A stretch of 63,879 nucleotides of DNA, filler included, from Stramenopiles sp. TOSAG23-2 (lineage: Eukaryota): assembly GCA_900128395.1 (NCBI GenBank). It is 3 parts of 3 records of this genome, joined end to end, with 100 filler letters (N's around TTAATTAATTAA, not from the genome) between each part and the next. Parts side by side here need not be neighbours in the genome. Positions count along the whole stretch, not along the records: positions 1 to 23,293 come from LT649491.1; 2 more parts are not named here. The stretch is one strand, 5' to 3'. The position numbers and the translations under genes are program-made. A model generated the notes under the pieces. That model saw nothing but the letters and a program-made list of their open reading frames with translations. It was not told where the DNA came from and ran no database searches. Shown here piece by piece: positions 9,502 through 20,061 of the stretch. Position 1 is the first letter of the stretch. Each line of letters starts with the position of its first letter.

Positions 9502-11229
9502 TTACAAATTTTTTAAATTATTTTTTATTTCCTCTTTTTCCTTTCTAAATTTTTCCAACCATATATTTTCCTCTTCAGTACGACCATACTTTTCCTTTCT
9601 TTTAAATATTGTAGAGTGTGGCCTCAAACCGATACTTTGTCTATATCTTGCCTCCTCAGCTCGCTTCCGTCGCAACATCCCTTCAAGGCCTTTTCGTATA
9701 GTGTCCTTCTCATCGAGTGCTTGCAATGCCTTGCCTGTTGTTATTTCCTGTTCAATTTCTTCCTCCCATGCTTCTTCATCTCGTTGGCGCTTGTTTTTAA
9801 ACCAACGTTTAGACCGCTTTTCGTCGCGTTCTTTCATCCATTGCGGCTTTTCAAGCGGTTTTTCCATTTCATCTTCTTCTTCTTTTACTGCTTCTTCTTT
9901 CTCATCATGTAATTTATTAATAAGAGGCTCATCAATAATATTTTCATTATCTTCATTATTATTCGCATTGTCTATTGTTTCAGTCGCACTAACTCCTTTT
10001 GTTTTAACAGGTGTTAGTATATCTACGTTTCCCTCTTCATACTGCTTCAGTCTCTCTGCCATTGATAATTTACGATTCGGATCTTCTTTCTTTTCGCTCC
10101 CCTTCTTAATTCTGGAATCGCTAAATATGCTTTGATTTTTTTTTTTCTTATATGCCTCATACTCTTCAAGAGTCTCAAAAATGCGTCCTTCGTCCGGCGC
10201 ATCATCGCCGTTGACATCTGCTACATCATCAGCTTTACCATTACCTCTATTATCAAAATATTCCTCTTTCAATGCACGAATAGTATTGATCCATGTGTCA
10301 ATTGGATCATCGTCTTTATTTACATATTTTTGGTATGAGTATGAACCAACGAGAAGGACTCCTAAAGCCATGACAATATTGACGACATTCGAAGAGGAGG
10401 TCGATGTACCATTTAGCTCCACATTGCTACTACCATGCTCAGCTTTCTCTCCACCTTTGCTACTAGCAGATGAGTCTTTGTCTCTACCTTTTCCTCCTAA
10501 CGAAGTTTTATAATTAGATGCATTTGGGGAAGATGTTTTCCTTCGTGATTTTATTGGCGGTGGTAAAGGTTCGCCTTTTAATTTAGATTCTCGAATTTGT
10601 TTGTTTGTTTCTTGTCGTCGGGATGGTGCTTTAGCCTCGTAGAGTCGACGTTCCATTTCCTCTTTTGACATACCACCAACTCTTTTTCCTTTTTTCTTTT
10701 TGCGAGGTGGAGGTGGTGGTGGTGGTGAGTCGCCAGAATTGGCATCTTGTTCAGTAGATTTTGATGGTGTTGTGGAAGTGCTTGATGTTGTAACTTCTTC
10801 CTCTACTTTTAATTTGGCTTGTTTTTCCCCTGTCGTAACATTTACATTAATTTCAAGTCCTGGCGGTAGTATTTGTCCATCTTTCACAGTTTGCCATTCA
10901 GTTGTTGGAACAAATTCTTCAAAATCTGTATATTTCTTTTTATCAGAAAACAGCCTACATGGCAACATTGTTCTATTACAAGTTGTAACAGCATGGTAAT
11001 TCTTAAGTCTGTTTGACTTGTTTATATTATATTTACCACCGTTGAAATAAAAAAATTTATCATGATTTTGCGTTATAGATGAAAAATGATATTTTTTTAT
11101 GGATGATGACGTCGTCCTTCCACTAGTAACCATGGTACTTTTACGAAGTCCATTCTTCGCATGAATGCAACAAGGTCTCATATTGAAGAATCGATGAACA
11201 AACTTTATTGCTTCATTTATATGTTTCAT
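9502..11229 (-). CDS. Uncharacterised single-pass membrane protein with mitochondrial-type presequence and SIL1-like N-terminal motif
   Basis: 575-aa ORF from the first ATG. Basic, acid-free N-terminus ending CRLFSD; FVPTTEWQ...GQILPPGL...TGEKQAKL; TM VVNIVMALGVLLVGSYSY; charged coiled-coil C-terminus. Confidence 0.7.
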   Translation of the reverse strand: MKHINEAIKFVHRFFNMRPCCIHAKNGLRKSTMVTSGRTTSSSIKKYHFSSITQNHDKFFYFNGGKYNINKSNRLKNYHAVTTCNRTMLPCRLFSDKKKYTDFEEFVPTTEWQTVKDGQILPPGLEINVNVTTGEKQAKLKVEEEVTTSSTSTTPSKSTEQDANSGDSPPPPPPPRKKKKGKRVGGMSKEEMERRLYEAKAPSRRQETNKQIRESKLKGEPLPPPIKSRRKTSSPNASNYKTSLGGKGRDKDSSASSKGGEKAEHGSSNVELNGTSTSSSNVVNIVMALGVLLVGSYSYQKYVNKDDDPIDTWINTIRALKEEYFDNRGNGKADDVADVNGDDAPDEGRIFETLEEYEAYKKKKNQSIFSDSRIKKGSEKKEDPNRKLSMAERLKQYEEGNVDILTPVKTKGVSATETIDNANNNEDNENIIDEPLINKLHDEKEEAVKEEEDEMEKPLEKPQWMKERDEKRSKRWFKNKRQRDEEAWEEEIEQEITTGKALQALDEKDTIRKGLEGMLRRKRAEEARYRQSIGLRPHSTIFKRKEKYGRTEEENIWLEKFRKEKEEIKNNLKNL

Positions 11230-11746
11230 CAAAATAGAAATTGAAATAAAAATAAAAATATATTATTGTAGGATAGATCTATTATTTTGTGTTATTTTAT
11301 TATTTTTTTTTATTTTTGCAGTTTTAAGTTGGGCTTTTATTATTTGTTCCATTTTTTTTTTTTTGAAGAATTGTTGTGTGGTGACAGTATAACAGCTCTA
11401 CGTACCTAGATCCTAGATCTAATATACTAGATCTACGTACTTTTCGTCATATTAATATGGTGGATACCTTATCAAGTAATGTACCTTAACCTACTAGTAT
11501 ACTGTAATTTGTAGTTAGGTATAACATCTATTAACAATTTACAATTTACAGACTACAGACGACTACAGACTTACAGACTTTTTTTTAAGTATAACAACAG
11601 TACCAGGAGTACGCCAGTACGCTCACATATACAGCTCGACACATTCAAAACACAGGGGCAAAGTGTTTATTTATATATAACCACTACAAACATAATTGTC
11701 GCAACAAAATTCAGTATCGCTTCAATGAACCATTGAATATAATAAT

Positions 11747-12970
11747 ATGTCATCTTATGTGATAAAAAGGGAGAAAGTTGAGCAGCGGCAAACGGCTGAC
11801 AAAGATAAAGTTGATCATGATAAGCAAAAAAAATATATAGATAAAAAACCTGATATTGTCATTAATACAAACGGGGATGGTTCTATTAATATACATTCTC
11901 ATACTCTGTTCCCAGAACCAGCTGCAATATTTCAACAAAGCTTGTCAAAAATTGTATATGGTGGTGGTGAAATAAACGAAATGTTTACGGTTGCAAAAAA
12001 ATGCGGTAACGGAGGAAATACTAAATTGTGGTATAAATATTGGGATGCTTTAGCTTCAAAGACTTTTGACGATGCACAAGATAGGTTTTCTGTGAATCCA
12101 GTTGCTGCAAGTAAGACCTTTTTACGTGCTTGTACATATTTTCAAACTTCATCTAGGTTTTTATTTAATTGCTTCGATGAGAAATCGATTAAACAGCTTC
12201 GTAATGCATATAGTTGTAGTGATCTGGCATTCAATATGGCCATACCAAATTTACCATACGCTATGAAAAAATATTTGATACCACATACATCCAAATTAAT
12301 TAAGAATGCTATTAACTCATATTTTTTTTGTGCAAATCAAGCCTTGCATGGTTTTAAAGGTGCGCCATTGTTAATAGCAACTTCGGGTTACTATGGTGAT
12401 ATAGCAGAAACTTTTTTTCTTTCACGTGGTGCAATTGAATATGGGTTCCATTTGTTAATATTCGACGGTCCTGGAACAATTTGTGAAAGAGATGAAAAAA
12501 CTCGTCAAAATGAATGGGAAAAGAAAGCTTTACAAATGGTAATTAATTATGTCATAGATCAACGTGTTATTGATTTAAAAGATGGTATAATATGTTACGG
12601 AATGAATACTGGTGGAGTACCTATGATCTTACGAAATGCAATGATCGAGACTCGTCCAATTGCATATTTAATAGACTCTATAGTGCCTGATGTTGTCGAA
12701 TCATTACACAAGAAACATCTTAAAAAGAACAGCAAATTGAAACCTGAAGAGTTTGAAAAGTTGAAAGTTCCCGTATTTATCTGTGAAAACGGGCACGAGG
12801 AACATATAACGTATATAAAAAATGTTAAAAAATCATTGAAAAAAAGTATCGTTCAAAAAGAGAGTAATTGGGTAAAATCTGGTGCAACAAATGTTATCAG
12901 TCGAGAGTTGTTATGGGAAAATTATATTGACAAATTGTTGCCATTGTTAAAAAAGAAGATAAAACACTAA
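11747..12970 (+). CDS. Alpha/beta-hydrolase-fold protein (FrsA/2,6-dihydropseudooxynicotine hydrolase-like), probably inactive
   Basis: YGGGEINE, WYKYWDALA, FLRACTYF, PLLIATSGYYG and LIFDGPG motifs; nucleophile elbow reads YGMNTGG. Confidence 0.65.
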   Translation: MSSYVIKREKVEQRQTADKDKVDHDKQKKYIDKKPDIVINTNGDGSINIHSHTLFPEPAAIFQQSLSKIVYGGGEINEMFTVAKKCGNGGNTKLWYKYWDALASKTFDDAQDRFSVNPVAASKTFLRACTYFQTSSRFLFNCFDEKSIKQLRNAYSCSDLAFNMAIPNLPYAMKKYLIPHTSKLIKNAINSYFFCANQALHGFKGAPLLIATSGYYGDIAETFFLSRGAIEYGFHLLIFDGPGTICERDEKTRQNEWEKKALQMVINYVIDQRVIDLKDGIICYGMNTGGVPMILRNAMIETRPIAYLIDSIVPDVVESLHKKHLKKNSKLKPEEFEKLKVPVFICENGHEEHITYIKNVKKSLKKSIVQKESNWVKSGATNVISRELLWENYIDKLLPLLKKKIKH

Positions 12971-13536
12971 GAAAGAGAATATAAAGAAACTTTATCCAAC
13001 CACATCTCATCGTCTTATTTCCACTTATACCGCTCGTATAGTATACGAGTACCCACATATACGTCTATCTATAATAGCCTAATGGACATAGACTTTGATG
13101 CTGTTTGTTTGTATAATAAATTTCGGAGAACAATATCGATTTTTGGAAAAAAATTTGGCTTCAAACTCTATTTATAATGCTATTCCCACGCTAATATTTT
13201 CGTTCAATGCCTTAAATACTTAATACTACGAATAATAATATAATAATAATAATATATAATAATATATAAATAATAAAGAAGTACTGTGTACGGACTGTAG
13301 CACAAATAATATTAATATATATCTTTTGTATCATAATATATAAACACGTATCCATAGATGCAAAGCTAAGAGTCAAGAATATATATAATATTTCATTCAG
13401 CTATAAATACTAATAGCTGTCGTCATAAGCAAAAAACGTATATTTAATTATTAACTTTTGCAAAGATATATAATATCATACACATATCATTACTTTTAAA
13501 AGTAAAAATTTTTGTTAAATAATTGTTTTTTATTAC

Positions 13537-14313
13537 ATGGCGTCCTTGTTGAAGAAAATTAGTAGTGTTGCGAACAATAAGAGCAATAACATTGACACAT
13601 GGGTAGATGATGAAGATGCAAATGCTTGTTCAGTATGTAAAAAACAGATTATAGCAGGATTTATTTCATCTAATAAACACCATTGTAGAACGTGTGGTCT
13701 AGTCGTATGTGGTAATTGCTCTGCAAAAAAAGTTCAAGGTAAAAGATGTTGCGATATTTGTTTTTGCCAACTAGAACGCAAAGATAAATGTGAAAAATTA
13801 TATATACCGTTGTTAAAAAAGGGGGCCATTTTTCAAAAATTTCCAGGCAGTTCCAATGCGCTTAATCTTGGTGGGGGGGGGATAAATCCTAGATTTATAT
13901 ATTTAAATAATGAAATGAATGCAATATGTTGGAGTTCACCTAGTAAACCATCGCAAGTGAAAGGGTCTATTATGATTATAGATATCACAGCTGTAACAAT
14001 GGGTTGTGAAACACAAGCGTTTATTAAAGCTCGTGTGCCAATGAATAGGGTAAATGGGTGCTTTTCAATTATTAGTAAAGCACGTACTTTAGATTTAGAA
14101 ACACCTTCGCAGGAAATTAGAAATCAGTGGGTTAAAGCAATTGGTGAATATACTAAAAAATTTAAAGCAAAAGGTCCTCATCAAAGATATATGGAAGTAC
14201 AAGGAAATATACAAAATCAATTAATGAAGAAAGAAGAAATGTTAGCGAGGCAACAACGTGAACAACGAGCTGAAGCAATTAGGGCTAAATATAACTTGCC
14301 AAAGGATTCATAA
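13537..14313 (+). CDS. FYVE zinc finger + PH-domain protein
   Basis: WVDD..CSVC..KHHCRTCGLVVCGNCS..RCCDIC, then PLC-type PH (LKKGAIFQKF, CFSIISKARTLDLE, NQWVKAI) and a coiled tail. Confidence 0.9.
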   Translation: MASLLKKISSVANNKSNNIDTWVDDEDANACSVCKKQIIAGFISSNKHHCRTCGLVVCGNCSAKKVQGKRCCDICFCQLERKDKCEKLYIPLLKKGAIFQKFPGSSNALNLGGGGINPRFIYLNNEMNAICWSSPSKPSQVKGSIMIIDITAVTMGCETQAFIKARVPMNRVNGCFSIISKARTLDLETPSQEIRNQWVKAIGEYTKKFKAKGPHQRYMEVQGNIQNQLMKKEEMLARQQREQRAEAIRAKYNLPKDS

Positions 14314-14704
14314 AAAAAATACGAAAAGTAGAGTGTACGTATACGAATTCGTATATACGAAAGTGCGCACGTATTGTGTATATTAAAATATTTTATAAAA
14401 TACGCATGATTTATTTTTTTTATTTCTAGCCGTGATTAATTCCTAAAATCTCTATTTAAATAAAAAGAATAAAAATGTAAAACTGAGAATTGAGAAAAGC
14501 AATAAATTAGTATTATGGATTGAGCATATATATCATTATAGTTTTTACTATAATATGCATACACGACTCACCAAATGCACAGTTTAAAGCAAAACGATTA
14601 TTATAAGCGCAAGTTTAATTATCGCGAGTTGTATATCTCTACATATAGTTGTGATAATTTAAAATGTGTGTGTCTGTATAACTCTTGGTAGAGGTCAGAC
14701 TCTT

Positions 14705-16261
14705 TTACAATCCTTTTGCTTTCTTTTTCGTTGGGCCTTTCGCTCTTGTGGCCTCAATATATTTTACTTCTCGTGGATCCATCAACCCAGTAAGCTGTAA
14801 TTTTCCATGTTTATCTACATCGTAACATAAATCTTGTGGTGAACTGCCGCCATAAATAGCAAATAATGCTGCCCATACAAATCCTAGTGAACCAAAAATA
14901 TAAAATACAGGCTCCCATCCCAAATAATGCTCAATAAGTGGTACACACATCATAGCAATGACAATCCCAGCATACACACCATTTTCTGTAATAGTTACTA
15001 ATATATCCTCCTCATCTCGTGGGAACCATTCACTAAATAAACTATAAACCGCTGGAAAATTTACACCCTCACCGGTACCCATTAAAAATCGTACTAAAAC
15101 TATTAACCATGGATGCACTGCACTGGGAGGTGTTAAAATGGTAAACAGTGACCACCATATAACGCCGAAAATCAAAACGTTCTTTGCACCCCATCTATCT
15201 GATAAATAACCACCAATTAGATGAGATGCCATTAAGCCTAGGAAAAACACACCGAAACAGATTCCTTCAAAGGATTTTGTCCATCCATATTTCTTTGCCA
15301 TTGGGATCATCGTTGCGCTTATATTGGCACGATCCATGTAGCAAATCAAATCAGCCATGCAACAAAATATCATAATATTCCATCGTCTAGGCCAATATTT
15401 AGCCCATATGGAATTTTTTTCAACGTTGTTAAAGTCTTTGGTATCTTGATCTAAATTATTATAATGATCCTCTACAACTTCTTGTGGAAAAATTGGTGTA
15501 AAGGAACTAAATCCCATATATGAAATAAATGATACGATATTAACACCTAAGGCGACAGCAAATGCATTTTCATAATGACCTCTACGCTTTACTAATGCAC
15601 CAGTTATAACCGACGATAAAAAACCAGCACCAGTCGCAAATTCATGTGTCAATGCCATGATTGAACCTGCATATTTTGCACCTATATCAATAACATTTAC
15701 AGCTACACCAGCTATGAAGCTTGCATTTAAAACGTACATAATATTTACAACCCAAAAAGCAACCCATGGTTTACCCACAGGTATTCGTGTCAAAGCTGCG
15801 AAACATCCAATATTTCCTGTATAACATATGCATGCAAGCGTTCTGCGTGTTCGTTTTAATGACCATCGAAAAGATGCGTTTTTTGTCCCAATTGGCTTGT
15901 AAAGGTTCCTATTTGGATCGTCCTCAGCTCCTGCATGCAACGTATTCTTTAATATACCAAAAAATATTACGAATGGTACAGTTAAACCAAAAGGTACAGC
16001 ACTCATGTATGCAGCTGTATGCTCTTTCATACCCATTTCGTGCAAATATGAAGGTAACCACGTAACTATCATAAAAAACGAGTAGTAAAAGCCAAATTTC
16101 GCGATACCCAACGCCCAGACAGGAGTACTTGTTAATATTTCTCCCCATGGTACATCCTCCGAAGGAGTCACTTTTTCTGGATCTATGGTTTTCTCCGAAT
16201 GCATTGGGTTTTGAATGCTTTTTTTATCTATTAAGGAATCATTCTCCTCTTCAGTGGACAT
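14705..16261 (-). CDS. MFS anion:cation symporter (SLC17/PHT4 family), N- and C-domains in permuted order
   Basis: Residues ~37-258 match SLC17 TM7-12 (VPWGEILTSTPVWAL, TWLPSYL, VNVIDIGAKYAG). Residues ~291-518 match TM1-6 (ICYMDRANIS, GGYLSDRWGAK, RFLMGTGEGVNFPA, GWEPVFYIFGSLG). Confidence 0.9.
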   Translation of the reverse strand: MSTEEENDSLIDKKSIQNPMHSEKTIDPEKVTPSEDVPWGEILTSTPVWALGIAKFGFYYSFFMIVTWLPSYLHEMGMKEHTAAYMSAVPFGLTVPFVIFFGILKNTLHAGAEDDPNRNLYKPIGTKNASFRWSLKRTRRTLACICYTGNIGCFAALTRIPVGKPWVAFWVVNIMYVLNASFIAGVAVNVIDIGAKYAGSIMALTHEFATGAGFLSSVITGALVKRRGHYENAFAVALGVNIVSFISYMGFSSFTPIFPQEVVEDHYNNLDQDTKDFNNVEKNSIWAKYWPRRWNIMIFCCMADLICYMDRANISATMIPMAKKYGWTKSFEGICFGVFFLGLMASHLIGGYLSDRWGAKNVLIFGVIWWSLFTILTPPSAVHPWLIVLVRFLMGTGEGVNFPAVYSLFSEWFPRDEEDILVTITENGVYAGIVIAMMCVPLIEHYLGWEPVFYIFGSLGFVWAALFAIYGGSSPQDLCYDVDKHGKLQLTGLMDPREVKYIEATRAKGPTKKKAKGL

Positions 16262-16820
16262 ATTATAATATTATGTGGAAAAATCCTCGAAATAGAAAGA
16301 ACTTAATTTACGATAATGTTTAACATATGCATCTACTTGTTATGTCATTGTTATTCCTGTATAAAAAGTATATAATATATATATCTTATCATAGTTACAA
16401 TATTATAATATATGCTGGTCAGGTATTTGCGATGGATATTGAGAGGAGCTATACTATACTACTGTGTGCTGTAGTATTTGTTGTTGTTCCTCCTTTTGCC
16501 TTTTGCTTTTTGCCCTTCCGTTGTTCTATATAGGTAGATAGCTCTCCTCTAGACTACCACTAGCAGCAAATCTGTACCTCGGATAAAAATAAGTTACAGT
16601 TGATTCATCTGTATTTCATACTGTACCAGGTATAATTAAGGCTGAACCGCACATTTCGGCGTGTGCACGTGTTACCAAGTAGAGTTAGGGCTAATTTAAA
16701 TTTGCCCTATACTAGCTAGTATAGTTTTTTGAAATAACGTCGTGTTGTGTTCCGACTATATAAGCCTATATATACTATGATATTATTCGTACAAAGTTGT
16801 GAGATCCCAGGAGATATATT

Positions 16821-18338
16821 TTATACTCTATCTCTACCTCGTATAGCTCTTTCCCGTTCACTTAAAATGCCATTCTTAGCAATACCAATGGTTTTGCTTT
16901 TCTGTATCAATCGATTTCTTTCCTCAAGACGCTTTTCACTTAAATTATTGATTCGCTCTTCATACGACATTGCAGTCGTTCGATTTAATAAGCTTATATA
17001 TTCGCCACTACTTTCATGACCAGAAATATAATCTGACAATCGGGACTTTATAGGTTTTTTTGTAGAAATAAAATGATTCTCGTCATCATCATCATCATCA
17101 ACAACAAGAAGCTTATTATTGATTTTGGTATTCGTTGAAGAGGAAGTACTCTTGTTTACCGTTGTGCCTTCCTCGACAGCAACTTTACTAATACTTTTAT
17201 TGTACGATTTTTGTGCAACATTTATAAATTCTCGCATCATACAAGCTTTAACTGCATATTCATGCCATAAATCTTCATATCGTTTTAATAACCATTTCAT
17301 AGCATGTTCACTGGTATTAAATGACACTTCTTTATAATTAGTTTTATATAATACTAATGGACCTTCGTTTGACATGTTGTATTGTGGTCGCCTTGGGTGA
17401 TTTACAACATTTAATAATGTTGAAATTATCGGTGGATCTTCTTTACCACTTCCTACCAGAAATAAGACAGCTGTCATCATACGTACTTGATGCCATAAAA
17501 AGGCAGTACCTTCAATTTCAAACATATACATATCAGTGTCATTGATTCCATTCTCTTCATGACCAGTCGAACATTCATCTTCGTTGTTGCCATTAACTTT
17601 ACAGATATCAAATCTAAATATTTTACGTTTATAATTGCTAACGGCGATAACATTCATTTTACAAAAGTTACGAAAGTCATGCTCACCAATAAATAATTTA
17701 GCAGCAAGACGCATATCATTAATATTCATTTGACGTTTTGGAAAATAATATCTATATATGCGTGATAATGGGCTGAAACGTGCACTGAAATGAGCTGGAA
17801 TATCTGACCAAGCCAATATTTTTATATCGGTTGGTAAAAGCCTATTTATCATGTTTACATAATCTAACTCTTCGTGATGTGGTAATAAAGAATTGTTATT
17901 ATTATTGTTGCTATCATTATTGTTGTTGCTGTTATTATTATTGTTGCTGTTCTTTTCATTCGGATTATCATTGATTGATGAAGCAAGTTGTTTCGAACGT
18001 AAATAAATTGATATAACTTGCCCAACTGCACTTACTCCAGCATCTGTTCGGCCACTTAGTGAATACGAAGACGATTTCCTATCTACAATTAAACAAGTCT
18101 TTTTCAATGCCTCAAATAAATAATGCTCAATAGTTTCTGTAGTATCCGCTTGAGATGCATATCCACGATATTTATGTCCAAAATATGCAACATGCAGGGC
18201 GACATATCGTTTTTTATATTTCGTCACATCAAATTGTCTTCGTGTCTTTTTTTTCTTTTGCCTTTTCCGTGGTTTTCCATTATTACCATTATTCTTTCCG
18301 TTGGCATTATTGTAATTATTATTTGATGATCGCTTCAT
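16821..18338 (-). CDS. PUS3: tRNA pseudouridine(38/39) synthase (TruA family, PUS3/DEG1)
   Basis: RYVALHVAYFG, GRTDAGVSA (catalytic Asp), FSARFS, GEHDFRNFCK and GTAFLWHQVR. Confidence 0.93.
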   Translation of the reverse strand: MKRSSNNNYNNANGKNNGNNGKPRKRQKKKKTRRQFDVTKYKKRYVALHVAYFGHKYRGYASQADTTETIEHYLFEALKKTCLIVDRKSSSYSLSGRTDAGVSAVGQVISIYLRSKQLASSINDNPNEKNSNNNNNSNNNNDSNNNNNNSLLPHHEELDYVNMINRLLPTDIKILAWSDIPAHFSARFSPLSRIYRYYFPKRQMNINDMRLAAKLFIGEHDFRNFCKMNVIAVSNYKRKIFRFDICKVNGNNEDECSTGHEENGINDTDMYMFEIEGTAFLWHQVRMMTAVLFLVGSGKEDPPIISTLLNVVNHPRRPQYNMSNEGPLVLYKTNYKEVSFNTSEHAMKWLLKRYEDLWHEYAVKACMMREFINVAQKSYNKSISKVAVEEGTTVNKSTSSSTNTKINNKLLVVDDDDDDENHFISTKKPIKSRLSDYISGHESSGEYISLLNRTTAMSYEERINNLSEKRLEERNRLIQKSKTIGIAKNGILSERERAIRGRDRV

Positions 18339-18344
18339 TATTTT

Positions 18345-18345
18345 C

Positions 18346-18391
<46 letters not shown>

Positions 18392-18406
18392 TAGATAGAT
18401 AGATAT
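18345..18406. repeat. Compound microsatellite (TA)n(GA)n(GATA)n
   Basis: Directly visible just upstream of PUS3. Confidence 0.9.
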
Positions 18407-18972
18407 AATTGATATTATGACATACATTGTACATTATTATTTATTAAATTAATAATAATAATATGAGTAATAATAATGTGTAGATGAGTGATGATATGTT
18501 AACCTTTAAGTCATCATTTCAATCATTGAAATAAAGCAAATCAATCAAATAGATTAAATCCTATAAATCATCCTTAATTATAATCTTCTTAGCTACGTAG
18601 CTAGTACGTTTAATACTTTAATATACTAGTACGTATAAAATATAAAAGCAGTCGTGTATTCTACTTCTTAGTATAAGCAGGCCATTACCATAGACTATAA
18701 TATTGATCAGTGTGGTGGTAATAATATACCTGGGAGGCCGACAAAGGAATAAAAACTAAAAACGGCCACGCTCAGTTTAATGTACAGCAGTGCTACATAT
18801 CACTGAGCTGTGTGATAGTCGTTATGCACTTATATAATATATATATTTCACAAACCTTGTATAGCAAAGACACACGTAATATAATATATAACACTACAAA
18901 GAATACATATAGATAAATATCAGATATTACATTTAAACTAGATCAATTTTTTTTTAAGAAAGAAGGTAGAAA

Positions 18973-19497
18973 ATGGCAGAGCAAAAAGTTGCACCAGTCG
19001 AAGTAATAAGCGAGGAAGTACTTGCAAAAAGAAAGAAAAAAATTGAAGAAGCATTTGCTTTATTTGATCCGGAAGGAAAAGGATGTTTAATACAAGAAGA
19101 AGTTAGTACAGCTATGAGGTATTTAGGTGCATTTCCAAGTGAGCGTGAAGTAGTTGAGACCGTTTTGCCAGACATGATGGAGGATGAGCCTACGGCATTT
19201 GTTACATATGAGAAATTTGAAAAAAAAATGTTAGAAGTTATGGCACAAAATTTATATGAACCTGATACAGATGATATTTTATTAGCTGCATTTAAAGCTA
19301 TTGATACCGATGAAAAAGGGTACATAGATGCTGACCGTATGCGTGAATTGTTATCGACTTATGGTACTGCATTTCGTCCGAAAGAAATCGATGGTTTCAT
19401 GAGTCGTGCAAAAGATATGGAAACAGGAAGAATTTATTTTGAAGATTACATAGCATTATTCTCACAAGAAGTGGAAGAGATGGAAAATGAAGCATAG
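18973..19497 (+). CDS. EFCAB2: Dynein regulatory complex subunit 8 / EF-hand protein EFCAB2
   Basis: Calmodulin-like with EFCAB2-typical EVSTAMRYLGAFPSE, EDEPTAFVTYEKF, LLAAFKAIDTDEKGYI and GRIYFEDY. Confidence 0.8.
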   Translation: MAEQKVAPVEVISEEVLAKRKKKIEEAFALFDPEGKGCLIQEEVSTAMRYLGAFPSEREVVETVLPDMMEDEPTAFVTYEKFEKKMLEVMAQNLYEPDTDDILLAAFKAIDTDEKGYIDADRMRELLSTYGTAFRPKEIDGFMSRAKDMETGRIYFEDYIALFSQEVEEMENEA

Positions 19498-20061
19498 GTT
19501 ATTATATATATTTGATAAAAAATGGAGGAAATATCAAATATATTATTATTTTTATATAATAAAAAAATAATAAAGTGGTGCAGTCCAGCAGTGCATGCCA
19601 GCATGTACACGGTGCCCTCGTCTATTTCGTGCACTTAACTCTTGAGGAGCGAAGCGACGAATAGTAGCCAGCATGCAATGCACCAATAAAATAATATTTT
19701 TGCATTTTTTTTTATATTATTAAAACAAACACAGAATTTGTCCAGATCGATCACAAGCCATTTTTTACTTCCTCTCCATACTATTCTTATGCTAAATAAA
19801 CAGTGCTATGTTCTTGAAGACTACTTTTTTAAGGGTTCCGAAACAGATTTGTAAAACTTACGCCCAGATCGGTTAGCATGCAATAGCACTAAAACACAAA
19901 TGTAAACTTTCCGTCCAAGCTCAGGTACTTATTCAGAGAGAAGATATATTGTACACTACAGACAGATGTGCTATAAGATCGAAGAACAAAACAAACAAAA
20001 ATTTTAAATTGAAATCATATAAGATATAGATATATGTATTGATATTATAAGAAGAACACAC

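Noticed and set aside
9479-10999. Long + strand ORFs (9479-10135, 10181-10513, 10700-10999) and similar antisense ORFs over other genes
   Set aside because: Ser/Phe/Leu-rich antisense shadows of Lys/Glu-rich genes; no independent motifs.
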